Source: Thermoanaerobaculia bacterium
GTDB taxonomy: Bacteria > Acidobacteriota > Thermoanaerobaculia > Multivoradales > Multivoraceae
Direction: 5' to 3'
DNA: 64,000 nt
NCBI GenBank assembly: GCA_022822365.1
Contig: JAJEBV010000015.1
Location: forward strand, 157,688 to 221,687
A program made the position numbers and the translations under genes. Under the pieces are notes generated by a model, which made no database searches, was not told the DNA's origin, and worked only from the letters and a program-made list of their open reading frames with translations. Within the stretch, counting starts at the first letter, position 1. The number at the start of each line of letters is the position of its first letter. Shown here piece by piece: positions 9,924 through 19,975 of the stretch.

Positions 9924-10177
9924 CAGCGGGGAAGGCCGTCCTCGTCGTACCCGAGAATCTCGTCCGCGGATCTCCCGTCGCGCACTGGCAGCCTGGCGCA
10001 CCGGCGTCCGATCTCGCTGAGTTCGCTGGCCAGGGTCCGGCCGGACTGTTCGCGCCGACACCGTTCCAGGTGGTTTCGCAACGCCTCGGTGACCGCTTCA
10101 GTCTTGGTCTGTCCGGTCAGTCGCGCCAGCTCGCCGGCCAGCTTCTCTGTTTCTGCGTTTCTGATGTTGAGCGCCAT
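9923..10177 (-). CDS. vapB: Type II TA antitoxin, VapB (RHH type)
   Basis: MALNIRNAETEKLAGELARLTGQTKTEAV, ending ILGYDEDGLP; directly upstream of vapC. Confidence 0.88.
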   Translation of the reverse strand: MALNIRNAETEKLAGELARLTGQTKTEAVTEALRNHLERCRREQSGRTLASELSEIGRRCARLPVRDGRSADEILGYDEDGLPR

Positions 10178-10193
10178 TGCTACATGTATAGCA
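10178..10193 (-). promoter_or_regulatory. Putative VapBC autoregulatory operator
   Basis: Inverted repeat TGCTA-N6-TAGCA abutting the vapB ATG; no SD visible. Confidence 0.45.
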
Positions 10194-10243
10194 CGAGAGC
10201 TACACGCATCGGGATGTTACGCGGCGAGCGGCAGCGCATGCTC

Positions 10244-11809
10244 CTAGCCCACAGCATCGACCAGACGGCGGAGGCCGGTTTCGATGTCACCGTCGATATG
10301 GACGGCGAGCACCCGCCGGCCGCGTTGGACCAACACCTCGTAGTCACCCCAGGCCTGGGCGAGTTGGACTTGGCCGAACGTCAGGTTTTCCCCGGGGACC
10401 GAGATATCCGAGGCCGGCGGATCGGCGGTGATCTGAAGAAACAGCCCCCGGTTGGGCCCGCCCTTGTGGGCCTGGCCCGTGGAGTGGAGGAAGCTCGGTC
10501 CGAAACCGAGAACGGACGCGCCGCCCGTCGCGACGGCGATGCGCCGGCGCAGCGTCTGGAGCAACTCGCGGTTGCGGGAGCCGCGGTCGAGGTAGGCCGA
10601 CACGACCGCGTAACCGCCCTCTGGAAAGGTCGCGAGGTGATTGCCCAGGAGCTGGGACAGACCGAGCGCGCTGACCTCGCGCAGCCGGACGACGCCGCAG
10701 GGCTCAGTCGTGTCGCCGGCCCTCATCCGTTCGACGTAGCGCCGCGTAACGACCTTGGACGATTCCACGTCCGGCTGGTCGAAGGGGTTGACACCCAGCA
10801 GTGCGCCGGCCACGGCCGTGGCGAACTCCCAGCGGAAGAACTCGCCGCCGAGGTCGGCGGGAACGAGTTCGATGTCGAGCCGGTCCGGCGCCGGCCCTGC
10901 CGGCAAGCCCGCCGCCGCGACCGGCAAGAGCAGCACGTCACCCTTGCCTAGCGACTCGGCGAGGAGCTGCTCGACCCAGCCGACCATCTCCGCGCAGCCG
11001 TCCGGGGCGTGGAGGTAGAGCTTGTCTCGGCCGCAGTCGTGCGCCGCGGCGAGCAGCAGGCCCAGTTCGACGCCGGGGTTCGTCTCGTCACCATCATCCG
11101 ACCGGCGGCACGCGTCGGCCATTCGCTGCGCGCTCAGAAGCAGCGGCTCGACATCGATCCCGGCAACCGCGGCCGGCGCAAGACCGAAGGCCGAGAGCAC
11201 GGAGAACCTGCCGCCGATGTCTGGGTGGCCGAAGGCGACCGTGGCTCCGGCGGCACGCGCTCGCGTTTCCAGTGCCGAGCCGGGGTCGGTGATCGCCAGC
11301 GCGGAAACCGAAGCCGCATCGCCCAGCCGGTCCAGCAGCAGTTCGAACGCCAGCTTCGTCTCGAGCGTTCCGCCCGACTTGGAGGCGGCGATGACCCGAA
11401 GGTTCACCGGGTCGACTCCGTCGAGCGCCCGGCCGATCTCGCGAGGATCCGTCGTGTCGAGGACGATGAACTCGGCGGCGACCTGGCGCGGAAGCGCCCG
11501 CCACAGGAGGTCCGCGCCGAGCGCCGAGCCGCCCATGCCGAGCAGCAGGCAGCGGTCGAATGGCGGGCCGGCGAGATGCTCGGCGAGCGCGGCGGCCTCC
11601 GTCTCGATGCGCTCGCCGTTGGCGCCAAGAAGCGTCAGGCGGCCCAGGCGTTCGACATCCAGCCAGCCGAGCCACTCCTCCTCGCCCGAATCGGTCCACA
11701 GCGAGCCGTCGCGGGCCCAGAGTCGAGCGGTGCCGTTGAGGTCGCGCCACTCGCGGCGGCGTTTCTCCACGGCTGCTGTGAGACCGGTGTCGGCGTTGTG
11801 GAAGCGCAT
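10244..11809 (-). CDS. pgi: Glucose-6-phosphate isomerase (stand-alone Pgi half of the Tal/Pgi type)
   Basis: GMGGSALG, ASKSGGTLET, DIGGRFSVLSAFGL, EQLLAESLGK, QPDVESSK. Start moved to ATG 11809. Confidence 0.82.
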   Translation of the reverse strand: MRFHNADTGLTAAVEKRRREWRDLNGTARLWARDGSLWTDSGEEEWLGWLDVERLGRLTLLGANGERIETEAAALAEHLAGPPFDRCLLLGMGGSALGADLLWRALPRQVAAEFIVLDTTDPREIGRALDGVDPVNLRVIAASKSGGTLETKLAFELLLDRLGDAASVSALAITDPGSALETRARAAGATVAFGHPDIGGRFSVLSAFGLAPAAVAGIDVEPLLLSAQRMADACRRSDDGDETNPGVELGLLLAAAHDCGRDKLYLHAPDGCAEMVGWVEQLLAESLGKGDVLLLPVAAAGLPAGPAPDRLDIELVPADLGGEFFRWEFATAVAGALLGVNPFDQPDVESSKVVTRRYVERMRAGDTTEPCGVVRLREVSALGLSQLLGNHLATFPEGGYAVVSAYLDRGSRNRELLQTLRRRIAVATGGASVLGFGPSFLHSTGQAHKGGPNRGLFLQITADPPASDISVPGENLTFGQVQLAQAWGDYEVLVQRGRRVLAVHIDGDIETGLRRLVDAVG

Positions 11810-11897
11810 CGGCGCGAATCGTAGCCTTGTGGTCGGAGAACAAGGACGCTGGCCTCCGGCCAGCGACCTTGGCCCCCACATCCCGACTTGGCGGCGA

Positions 11898-13001
11898 CTA
11901 CGGCTCGAACCGTTCGACGTAGTTCTCCGGACCCTCGGCACGGATGTCGCTGAGCCAATCCCCTTCGTAGGGCCATGCTTCGGGATGGTCCTCGCTCGGG
12001 CCCTGCCAGAAGCGGGCGAACGGACCCTCGGCGCCACCTTCGAGGGACCAGGCCTGGCGGCGGAAGGACCAACTGTCAGGGACGAGGCGGTGCGCCTCGC
12101 GGAAGTGGCGGATCGCCGCCCCGTGATGACCCTCGAGCTCCAGGTGCGACGCGAGCTCGAAGTGGGCGTGTCCGAGGGACACGTCGGCATCGCGCGGCCG
12201 CGATCGTTCGACGACTTCTACCGGCGAGAGCGCGAATCGGCTCGCCGCGCCCTTCTCGACCCAATCGCGCAACGCCAGGTGGTAGGCGTCCGTGTCGGCG
12301 GGGATCTTCGCCGCCTCTTGCAGCATCTCGCCAAAGCGTCCCGGAATCCCGGTACCCGAACCCAAACGGGGCATCCCCTCCGTGCGCGGCGCCGGCGCGG
12401 CCTCCGGCGGCCGGACGATCGTGCCCGTTTCGTCGATCCACACCGAGCTGGGGATGTTGACCACGCCGAAGAGCCTGGCCAGCAGATGGTGCGGGTCAAC
12501 CAGCGACGGGTGTTTCGGCCTGGCGGCCTCGATGAAGCGGCGGCAGCCCTCGGCCCCCAGCGTGTCGAGGCCGACCGTGACCAGTTCGAACCCCTGCGGA
12601 TGAAGCTCCTCGCGTAGCGCCTGCCACCCGGGCAGGTGGGCCGAGCAGCCTCAGTAGGGGGCCCAGGCGTAGACGAGGACCTTCTGCCCGCGCAGGCTCG
12701 AGAGCCGAAACAGCTTCCCGTCCAGATCGGGCAGCTCGAAGTCGGCGTCCCCGGCCGACACCAGCGCTCGCGAGCCGATCGATTCGGGACCGACGGCCCA
12801 GACGCCGTGGTCCTCGTCGTGAACGACCGGCAGGCCGATGGCCTCGGCAACGGCAACCGCGTCCAACTGACCCGACGACGCCGGGGCACGGTCGAAGAGG
12901 GGCACGCAGGCCGAGCCCTTGCAGGCGCCCTCCGGCTTGAGCTGCCAGCCCGTACCGGTCTCGAACTCCGTCCTGGACACTGTCTTCTCTGTGAGGATCA
13001 T
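11898..13001 (-). CDS. Selenoprotein: ResA-like WAxxUGC thioredoxin-fold protein (in-frame UGA at 12651-12653)
   Basis: ORFs 12651-13067 and 11898-12464 are in the same frame. Reading through the TGA gives VLVYAWAPY-U-GCSAHLPGWQALREELHPQGFELVTVGLD, a continuous TlpA/ResA fold. A hairpin follows the UGA. Confidence 0.88.
12620..12636 (-). promoter_or_regulatory. Putative bacterial SECIS element
   Basis: mRNA CCUGCC-CGGGU-GGCAGG, a 6-bp stem at +15 to +31 after the UGA with a G-rich loop. Confidence 0.7.
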
Positions 13002-13058
13002 GCGGCCAGTGTAGCCGGGGCGGAACAACTCCTGCCCGCCGCCTGTTAGTTTCAGCCC

Positions 13059-14195
13059 ATGTCCCACGCACCCTCTACTGGCCCCAGCGAACGGCCGCGG
13101 ATCGCCACCACGGCGGGCCTGCTAGTGCTCGCCGCGCTCGCCTTTCTCGTGGGCTCCCGCTGGCAGGGCAACGCGCTCCAGGCGGAAAGCCAGGGCGAGC
13201 CCCGGTCGGTTACGCCCAGTTCGGGGCTGCTCCCCGCGGAACGCGCAACGGTCAACCTGTTCCGCGAGACGCAGCCGTCGGTCGTCTACATCACGACCTT
13301 GAACCGCCAACGCCGGGTCGACTTTCTGGGACGTCGTTTCGACAGCGTCCAGGATGGCACGGGCAGCGGTTTCCTGTGGGACGACCGGGGCCACATCGTC
13401 ACGAACTTCCACGTCATCCGGAACGCCGACACCTACCAGGTCACCCTCCACGACCAGACGACGTGGCCCGCCACGTTCGTCGGACAGGACCCGGAGATGG
13501 ACCTCGCCGTGCTGCGGATCGACGCGCCCGCGGAGAAGCTGCGGCCGATCCCCGTCGGCTCGTCGAGCGACCTCCAGGTCGGCCAGTCCGTCCTCGCGAT
13601 CGGCAATCCCTTCGGCCTCGACTACACCCTGACGACCGGAGTGATCAGTGCCCTCGACCGGGAAGTCCAGTCGATCGGCGGACGCGAGCTCCAGGGCGTC
13701 ATCCAGACCGACGCAGCGATCAACCCCGGCAACTCCGGCGGCCCGCTTCTCGACTCGAGCGGCCGGCTGATCGGCGTGAACACGCAGATCGTGTCGTCCG
13801 GCGGCGCCTGGGCCGGCATCGGCTTCGCGATTCCGGTCGACACGGTGAACTGGGTCGTGCCGGAGCTGATCGCCCACGGCCGCGTCAACCGTCCGCAGCT
13901 CGGCGTCACCCTGGTGGACGGCGCCCGCTTGCGACCGCGAGTCGACGGCGTGTTGATTCTGGAAGTCGTCCGCAACTCCGGGGCCGACCGCGCCGGCTTG
14001 CGCGGCAGTCGGCGCACGCGCCAGGGCATCGTCCTCGGCGACGTGATCACCGCGATCGAGGGCCAACCCGTCCGCTCGGTCAGTGACATCCGGGCCCAGC
14101 TCGAGCGGCAACAGCCGGGCGACACGGTGACCGTGACCCTGCTCCGCGGCGAGGAGGAGACCGAGGCGAAAGTGCGCCTCTCCGCACCGCGCTAG
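13059..14195 (+). CDS. S1C serine protease with PDZ domain (DegP/HtrA family)
   Basis: VTNFHV (His), DLAVL (Asp), INPGNSGGPL (Ser), C-terminal PDZ, N-terminal TM helix. Confidence 0.93.
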   Translation: MSHAPSTGPSERPRIATTAGLLVLAALAFLVGSRWQGNALQAESQGEPRSVTPSSGLLPAERATVNLFRETQPSVVYITTLNRQRRVDFLGRRFDSVQDGTGSGFLWDDRGHIVTNFHVIRNADTYQVTLHDQTTWPATFVGQDPEMDLAVLRIDAPAEKLRPIPVGSSSDLQVGQSVLAIGNPFGLDYTLTTGVISALDREVQSIGGRELQGVIQTDAAINPGNSGGPLLDSSGRLIGVNTQIVSSGGAWAGIGFAIPVDTVNWVVPELIAHGRVNRPQLGVTLVDGARLRPRVDGVLILEVVRNSGADRAGLRGSRRTRQGIVLGDVITAIEGQPVRSVSDIRAQLERQQPGDTVTVTLLRGEEETEAKVRLSAPR

Positions 14196-14279
14196 GAGCC
14201 TGCGCCGTGCGGCCGCGGCGCACCGTGTGCGCCGACGCTTTCGCGATCGAGCGATGAGGATCCCGTGCGGAGAAAGGCC

Positions 14280-14307
14280 TTGACAAGAACTGCGAATCGA
14301 TTATCGT
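14280..14307 (+). promoter_or_regulatory. Sigma70-like promoter with possible Fur-box overlap upstream of the TonB receptor
   Basis: TTGACA(14280)-N16-TATCGT(14302); TGCGAATCGATTATC resembles a Fur box and overlaps the -10. Confidence 0.5.
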
Positions 14308-14428
14308 CTCTCCCTTCGCCGCCGCCTGATCGCTCCGCTGCCCTCCCCGGAGCGGTTGAAATCAACCCGACGCCGACCTGCGTCGGATCGCTGTCATAGC
14401 AGCACATCGAATCAGAGGAGAAGCCCTA

Positions 14429-16594
14429 GTGCAGCTACCACGTAACCCACTCGACCTGCTCCAGCTACTACCGGCGCTCTTGATCGCTACTCTGGCCACG
14501 ACAGCAGCGCTTAGCGCCCTCGATGACACTACGTCCGGCGAGGGAGCGAGCGAGGGTGGTCGCGCGGAGGCCGAGGACAGCGTGAGTGATGAGATCACTG
14601 TCTACGGCAAGCCACTCAACACTGCCAGCGAGACGGGCAGTCGGCTTGAACTGACCGTCCTGGAAACCCCGGCCACAGTGGACATCATTGACGGCGATGC
14701 GATCCGTGAACGCCTCGATACGACCGTGATGGAGGCCGTGACTCGCTCCGCCGGTTTCACGAATGACGGGCACCCGGGCAACGGTGGCCAGAACATGGCC
14801 GCCAGAGGATTCCGTGGCCAGGGGACGGTCACCAAGATGTTTGACGGCTCCAGCTACTACAACGCCTTCAACACGATCACCTTTCCCTTCGACACCTGGG
14901 GCATCGAGCGCATCGAGGTACTGAAGGGACCCGCCTCCGTACTGTACGGTGAAGGCGGCATCGGTGGCGCGTACAACGTCATCCCCAAACGACCGCAGCA
15001 GGAACACGCCGGAGAAATGCGTGCCACGGTCGGTGAGAACGACACCCGTTTCCTCGGCCTCGGCCTGACCGGCGGTCTCGCCGACAACCTCGCTTACCGG
15101 CTTGACTACAGCAACAACCAGTCTGACAACTGGGTGGACAGAGGCGACAGCGAAGCCGAGATGATCTCCGCCTCGTTGCTGTGGCAGGTCACGGACGATT
15201 TCTCACTGACAGGCCGATACGATCAGGGCGACCAGGAGCCCATGAGGTACTTCGGGATACCGCTGGTCGACGGAGCTGCGCCCACTGAACTCGTGACAAA
15301 AAACTACGACGTCAACGACGGGAGGATCCGTTACCAGGACGACTCTGCCCGGATCAAGGCCAACTGGAACATCAGCGAACGCCTGTCCATGCAATCCGAG
15401 CTGTACCGCCTGAACAGCGATCGTTTCTGGAAGACGCTCGACTACTACCAGTACGATCGGGCCGCCGCCACGGTCAGACGGGAATCGCCTCTGGTGATCG
15501 CTCATGACATAGAGCACGACGGATTCCGCACCAACTTCGTGTTCGATGCCGGCGATGACGACCGCAAGCTGAAGACCTCCGCGGGCTTCGAAACTAACGA
15601 TCTGACTTTCGCGAGGGCAACCAACTTCGGCGGCGCGAACCCCAATGGAGTCGATTGGGTCAATGACTTCGACGTCGTCGATGCCTTCAACTTCGACCCC
15701 GGTGTGTTCACCGATATCACCGCGGCGATGCACCGGACGGAGATCATCTCCGACGTTGCCCAGATGGCGGTGTTTGCCGAGAGCCAGATCGGCCTCACCA
15801 GAGCACTGACACTGGTGGCGGGCCTCCGCCACGAGGATGTTGAAACGGACTACAACGACGTCAGCAACCCGCCGACTTTTGATCAGAGCGTGGACGCGTT
15901 GACAGGCCGGGCAGGACTGACTCTTGACCTTCGCGACAACACCGTGCTCTACGGCCAGTACACGACCGGCGCGACCCATCCGAGCAACAGCATCGTGCAG
16001 ACCTCCCCTACAAACAGCGGGCTGGATTTCATCAGGAGTGAGCAGGTCGAGGTCGGCATCAAGCAGCGACTCCTGGATACGCGGCTGTCCTGGAGTGTGG
16101 CCTTGTTCGACATTGTCAAGAACAACCTGATTGAGGATGATCCGAATTCCCTCAACCCCGATGACCTGATCATCATTCCGGAGCAGACTTCCCAGGGCGT
16201 CGAGTTCAACCTCACGTATGGGCTGACCAATGCCCTCACGTTGATGGCCACCGGGACTGTTCTGGATGCGGAGACCGATACCGGTGAGACACCGAGGGAG
16301 GTGCCCGAGGAGACCTTCAACCTGGGTCTCGTGTGGGCTCCGGTGGGCAAGCTGCAGCTATCGGCCGATGGCCGGTATGTCGGCGGACGCGCTCATCCCG
16401 ACGGCCCGATTCCCTCGTACACGGTCGTTGATGCATCCGCACGCTGGCGCTTCAACCCCGACCTTTCGGTTGCCCTGCGCCTCGACAACGTCTTCGATGA
16501 ACTCTACGCCGTTTCCGCGTACTACTGGCCCAATACCTGGCTTCTCGGCAAGCCCCGCACTGTCAGCCTGACCCTGGACTATGACTTCTTCTAG
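14429..16594 (+). CDS. TonB-dependent receptor (siderophore/metal type)
   Basis: Plug motifs (ETPATVDII, ERIEVLKGPASVLYG), beta-barrel pattern, NVFDELY, C-terminal aromatic residue; GAGGAG SD. Confidence 0.93.
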   Translation: MQLPRNPLDLLQLLPALLIATLATTAALSALDDTTSGEGASEGGRAEAEDSVSDEITVYGKPLNTASETGSRLELTVLETPATVDIIDGDAIRERLDTTVMEAVTRSAGFTNDGHPGNGGQNMAARGFRGQGTVTKMFDGSSYYNAFNTITFPFDTWGIERIEVLKGPASVLYGEGGIGGAYNVIPKRPQQEHAGEMRATVGENDTRFLGLGLTGGLADNLAYRLDYSNNQSDNWVDRGDSEAEMISASLLWQVTDDFSLTGRYDQGDQEPMRYFGIPLVDGAAPTELVTKNYDVNDGRIRYQDDSARIKANWNISERLSMQSELYRLNSDRFWKTLDYYQYDRAAATVRRESPLVIAHDIEHDGFRTNFVFDAGDDDRKLKTSAGFETNDLTFARATNFGGANPNGVDWVNDFDVVDAFNFDPGVFTDITAAMHRTEIISDVAQMAVFAESQIGLTRALTLVAGLRHEDVETDYNDVSNPPTFDQSVDALTGRAGLTLDLRDNTVLYGQYTTGATHPSNSIVQTSPTNSGLDFIRSEQVEVGIKQRLLDTRLSWSVALFDIVKNNLIEDDPNSLNPDDLIIIPEQTSQGVEFNLTYGLTNALTLMATGTVLDAETDTGETPREVPEETFNLGLVWAPVGKLQLSADGRYVGGRAHPDGPIPSYTVVDASARWRFNPDLSVALRLDNVFDELYAVSAYYWPNTWLLGKPRTVSLTLDYDFF

Positions 16595-16625
16595 GCCGCA
16601 CTAGCGCGGTCCCATCAGGCCCGCG

Positions 16626-18125
16626 ATGAGCCCTAGAAGGCTGCTTTACGTCAGCCACCGGTGGCTGGGTATCGCCATGTGCGGTTTCCTCGCCATGTGG
16701 TGCGTCAGCGGCGTGGTGATGATGTACGTCGGTTTCCCTGAGCTGACCAGGGACGAGCACTACGCCGGGCTTGAACCACTCGTTCCCGGCCGCGTCAACG
16801 TTGCTCCTGAAGGGCCCCTCGCTCTCGCCGGTTCGGACGCCCGCATCGAGCAACTGCTACTGACCAGCAGCGCGGAACGGCCCGTCTATCTGCTGAAGGT
16901 GGAAGGCGCCTCGTGGAGGGGCATGTACGCCGATACCGGCGCGGCCATCGACCGGCTGCCTGCGGAGGCGGCCGTGGCGGCGGCAGTCGGCTTCTCCAGG
17001 GCGCAAGATTCCGAGCAGCATTCCGGGAAAGCCGTAGCGGGCAAGCATCTCGAGCAGCTGCACATGGACCAGTGGTCCGTGTCTGATGGTCTGCACCCCT
17101 ACCGGCCGCTGCACCGGGTGGCGATCGACGACGGCATGGGCACGGAGCTGTACGTGTCGTCGTTGACCGGCCAGGTCGTACGCGACACCCGGCGCGGCGA
17201 GCGCATCTGGAACTGGATGGGTTCGAATCTGCACTGGATCTACCCGGTGCAGTTGCGCGAGCACCGCGGCGTCTGGGAGCAGGTCATCATCGTCCTTTCC
17301 CTGGCCGGCCTGGTTTCGGTGATCACCGGCGCGATCATCGGTCTCACGCGCCTGCGGCTGAGGCCCAGGTATCGGGACGGCTCCTGTTCGCCCTATCAGG
17401 GCATGACGAAGTATCACCACATCCTGGGCTTGCTGGCCTCGGTGGTCCTGCTGACGTTCCTGCTTAGCGGCCTGATGTCGGTGGGGCCCTGGGACGTGTT
17501 CGAATCCAGCAGCAGTTTCTCTGAACAGAAACAGCGCTACCGGCAGCAGGAGGGCGCCTCGCGGTCAGCTCCCGCGTACTCCGACGCCCAGGAGGTTCGG
17601 CAACTGATCCGTCAGGGCGCGGATTTTCCGGTCAAGGAGATTGCATGGCACTGGATCGGCGGCACGTCCCATGTCTCTCTGCACGGCTCCAGACACGAAG
17701 TCCAGTACGTGCCCGCTCCGGGCGAGACAGAGTCGCTGGAGCGGAAAGTTCATGGCCGCATCGCCAAACTCATTCCCGGCAGCGGCATCCTGGACCGGCA
17801 GCGGTTGGACAGTTACGACCTCTACTACTACTCCCATCACGACCGGCACCGCCCACTGCCAGCGCTACGAGTCGAGTTCGCCGATCCTGAGTCCACCTGG
17901 TTTCATATTGACCTGTCCACCGGCGAGATTCTCGATCGCCTCACCGACAGGCGCCGGCTGGAACGGTGGATCTTCAACGGGCTGCACACGCTTGACTTCA
18001 CCTTGTTGATCAATAGTCGACCTTCCTGGGACCTGGTGATGATCTTCCTTTGCAGCGGTATCTTCCTTTTCTCGGTGACATCCGTGGTCATTGCCGTGCA
18101 GTACCTGCGACGGAGAACGCGCTGA
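16626..18125 (+). CDS. PepSY-associated TM helix protein (iron-uptake associated)
   Basis: HRWLG, SGVVMMYVGFP, NLHWIY, HHILG, FNGLHTLDF. Confidence 0.88.
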   Translation: MSPRRLLYVSHRWLGIAMCGFLAMWCVSGVVMMYVGFPELTRDEHYAGLEPLVPGRVNVAPEGPLALAGSDARIEQLLLTSSAERPVYLLKVEGASWRGMYADTGAAIDRLPAEAAVAAAVGFSRAQDSEQHSGKAVAGKHLEQLHMDQWSVSDGLHPYRPLHRVAIDDGMGTELYVSSLTGQVVRDTRRGERIWNWMGSNLHWIYPVQLREHRGVWEQVIIVLSLAGLVSVITGAIIGLTRLRLRPRYRDGSCSPYQGMTKYHHILGLLASVVLLTFLLSGLMSVGPWDVFESSSSFSEQKQRYRQQEGASRSAPAYSDAQEVRQLIRQGADFPVKEIAWHWIGGTSHVSLHGSRHEVQYVPAPGETESLERKVHGRIAKLIPGSGILDRQRLDSYDLYYYSHHDRHRPLPALRVEFADPESTWFHIDLSTGEILDRLTDRRRLERWIFNGLHTLDFTLLINSRPSWDLVMIFLCSGIFLFSVTSVVIAVQYLRRRTR

Positions 18126-18202
18126 ACCGCCGGCACCGGCCGGGCGGCGCACTCTCGGGTCGTCTCGCCCAAGGGGGTGTTCCGCGCTAGAGTCGCACCT
18201 TC

Positions 18203-19975
18203 GTGACTCAGCGAGACCTCTTCCCGCGGACGGCACTCCTCGCCGCCCTTCTCATGACCGTGCCCGGATCTCCCGGCGCCGAAGCCCAGCCGACGCAAGC
18301 GTCCGAACGCGGCAACTTCGTCCCCGTCACCGACGCCATGCTCCAGAGTCCGAGCGACGACGACTGGCTGATGTGGCGCCGCACGCTAGACGGCTGGGGC
18401 TACAGCCCGCTCGACCAGGTCACGGCCGAGAACGTGGGCGACCTGCGGCTCGTCTGGTCCCGCGGCATGAGCGAAGGCCGCCAGCAGGGAACGCCGCTCG
18501 TCTACGACGGCGTGATGTACATGCCGAACCCCATCGACGTCATCCAGGCCATCGACGCGGTGACCGGAGACCTCCTCTGGGAGTACCGGCGCGAGCACCC
18601 GGAGAACATCCTCCAGCAGGTCGGCGGCCTCGCCGCGAACAACCGGAACATCGCGATCTACGGCGATCTGATCATCGACACCAGCGTCGACGAGTTCGTT
18701 TTCGCCCTCGATGCTCTGACGGGCGAGTTGGCCTGGGAGACGATGATCCTCGACTACAAGACCCATCCGGCGATGCAGAGTTCCGGCCCGATCATCGCCG
18801 ACGGCAAGGTCATCTCGGGCCGAAGCTGCCTGCCCCGCGGCGGCCCGGACGCCTGCGTCATCGTCGCCCACGACGCGAAGACCGGGGCCGAACTCTGGCG
18901 GACCCGCACGATCCCGGCGCCCGGGGAACCGGGCGACGAGACCTGGGGCGACACGCCGTTCGAGGACCGCACCCACGTCGGCACCTGGATGGTGCCGAGC
19001 TACGACCCAGGGCTGGAACTGATCTACATCGGCACCTCGGTCACCTCCCCGGCGCCGAAGTTCCTGCTCGGGGGCAGGGAACTCCGGCACCTGTACCACA
19101 ACTCGACTCTCGCGCTCGACGCGAACAGCGGCGAGATCGCCTGGCACTACCAGCACCTGAACGACCACTGGGACCTCGACCATCCCTTCGAGCGCCTGCT
19201 GGTCGACACCGCCGTGGCGCCCGACGCCGACGAGGTCGACTGGATCAATCCGCGTATCAAGCCGGGCGAGGAACGCAAGGTGATCACCGGCGTTCCCGGC
19301 AAGACGGGCGTCGTCTACACCCTGGACCGCGAGACCGGCGAGTTCCTCTGGGCGCGGCCGACGATCCGGCAGAACGTGATCGCGACGATCGACGGCGCCA
19401 CCGGCGCGGTCACCGAGAACTCGGAAGTCGTGTTCCGTGAGCTGGGCCAGGAGGCCTACGTCTGCCCCACTTACATCGGCGGCAAGGACTGGCAGGCGGG
19501 CGCCTACAGCCCGGTGACCAACGCGATGTACGTGCCGATGCGCAACTCCTGCGCCCGGATGACGGCGACCCGCGCCGGCCGGCTGCCGATCTACGCCCTG
19601 GACGCCGAGCACCAGATCGCCCCCGGCACGGACCTGAGCGGATCCGTCCACGCCGTGTCCGCCGAGACCGGCAAGTCGCTGTGGACGTACGAGCAGCGCG
19701 CGGGCCTGATGTCGCTCTTCGTCACCGGCGGCGGCCTCGTCTTCGTCGGCGACGGCAACGGCCGGTTCCGCGCCCTGGACGACGAGACCGGCGAGAGCCT
19801 CTGGGAGATCAACCTCGGCTCGCCGGTCACCGGCTTCCCGGTCACCTACGCGGTCGACGGCCGCCAGTACGTCGCGGCCAGCACGGGGAACCGGTCCGCG
19901 GCCCTGCTGTCCGGCCTGACGCCGGAGCTGCGGCCCAGTTCGGGCAACAACCTGTTCGTCTTCGCTCTGCCTTGA
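18203..19975 (+). CDS. PQQ-dependent dehydrogenase / PQQ-binding beta-propeller protein
   Basis: DWLMWRRT..GWGYSPL.Q, TPLVYDGVMY, DHWDLD, GKTG, PVTYAVDGRQYVA. Confidence 0.88.
   Translation: MTQRDLFPRTALLAALLMTVPGSPGAEAQPTQASERGNFVPVTDAMLQSPSDDDWLMWRRTLDGWGYSPLDQVTAENVGDLRLVWSRGMSEGRQQGTPLVYDGVMYMPNPIDVIQAIDAVTGDLLWEYRREHPENILQQVGGLAANNRNIAIYGDLIIDTSVDEFVFALDALTGELAWETMILDYKTHPAMQSSGPIIADGKVISGRSCLPRGGPDACVIVAHDAKTGAELWRTRTIPAPGEPGDETWGDTPFEDRTHVGTWMVPSYDPGLELIYIGTSVTSPAPKFLLGGRELRHLYHNSTLALDANSGEIAWHYQHLNDHWDLDHPFERLLVDTAVAPDADEVDWINPRIKPGEERKVITGVPGKTGVVYTLDRETGEFLWARPTIRQNVIATIDGATGAVTENSEVVFRELGQEAYVCPTYIGGKDWQAGAYSPVTNAMYVPMRNSCARMTATRAGRLPIYALDAEHQIAPGTDLSGSVHAVSAETGKSLWTYEQRAGLMSLFVTGGGLVFVGDGNGRFRALDDETGESLWEINLGSPVTGFPVTYAVDGRQYVAASTGNRSAALLSGLTPELRPSSGNNLFVFALP

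Noticed and set aside
14196-14428. Cobalamin riboswitch upstream of the TonB receptor
   Set aside because: Conserved B12-box and GGGAA elements were not found.
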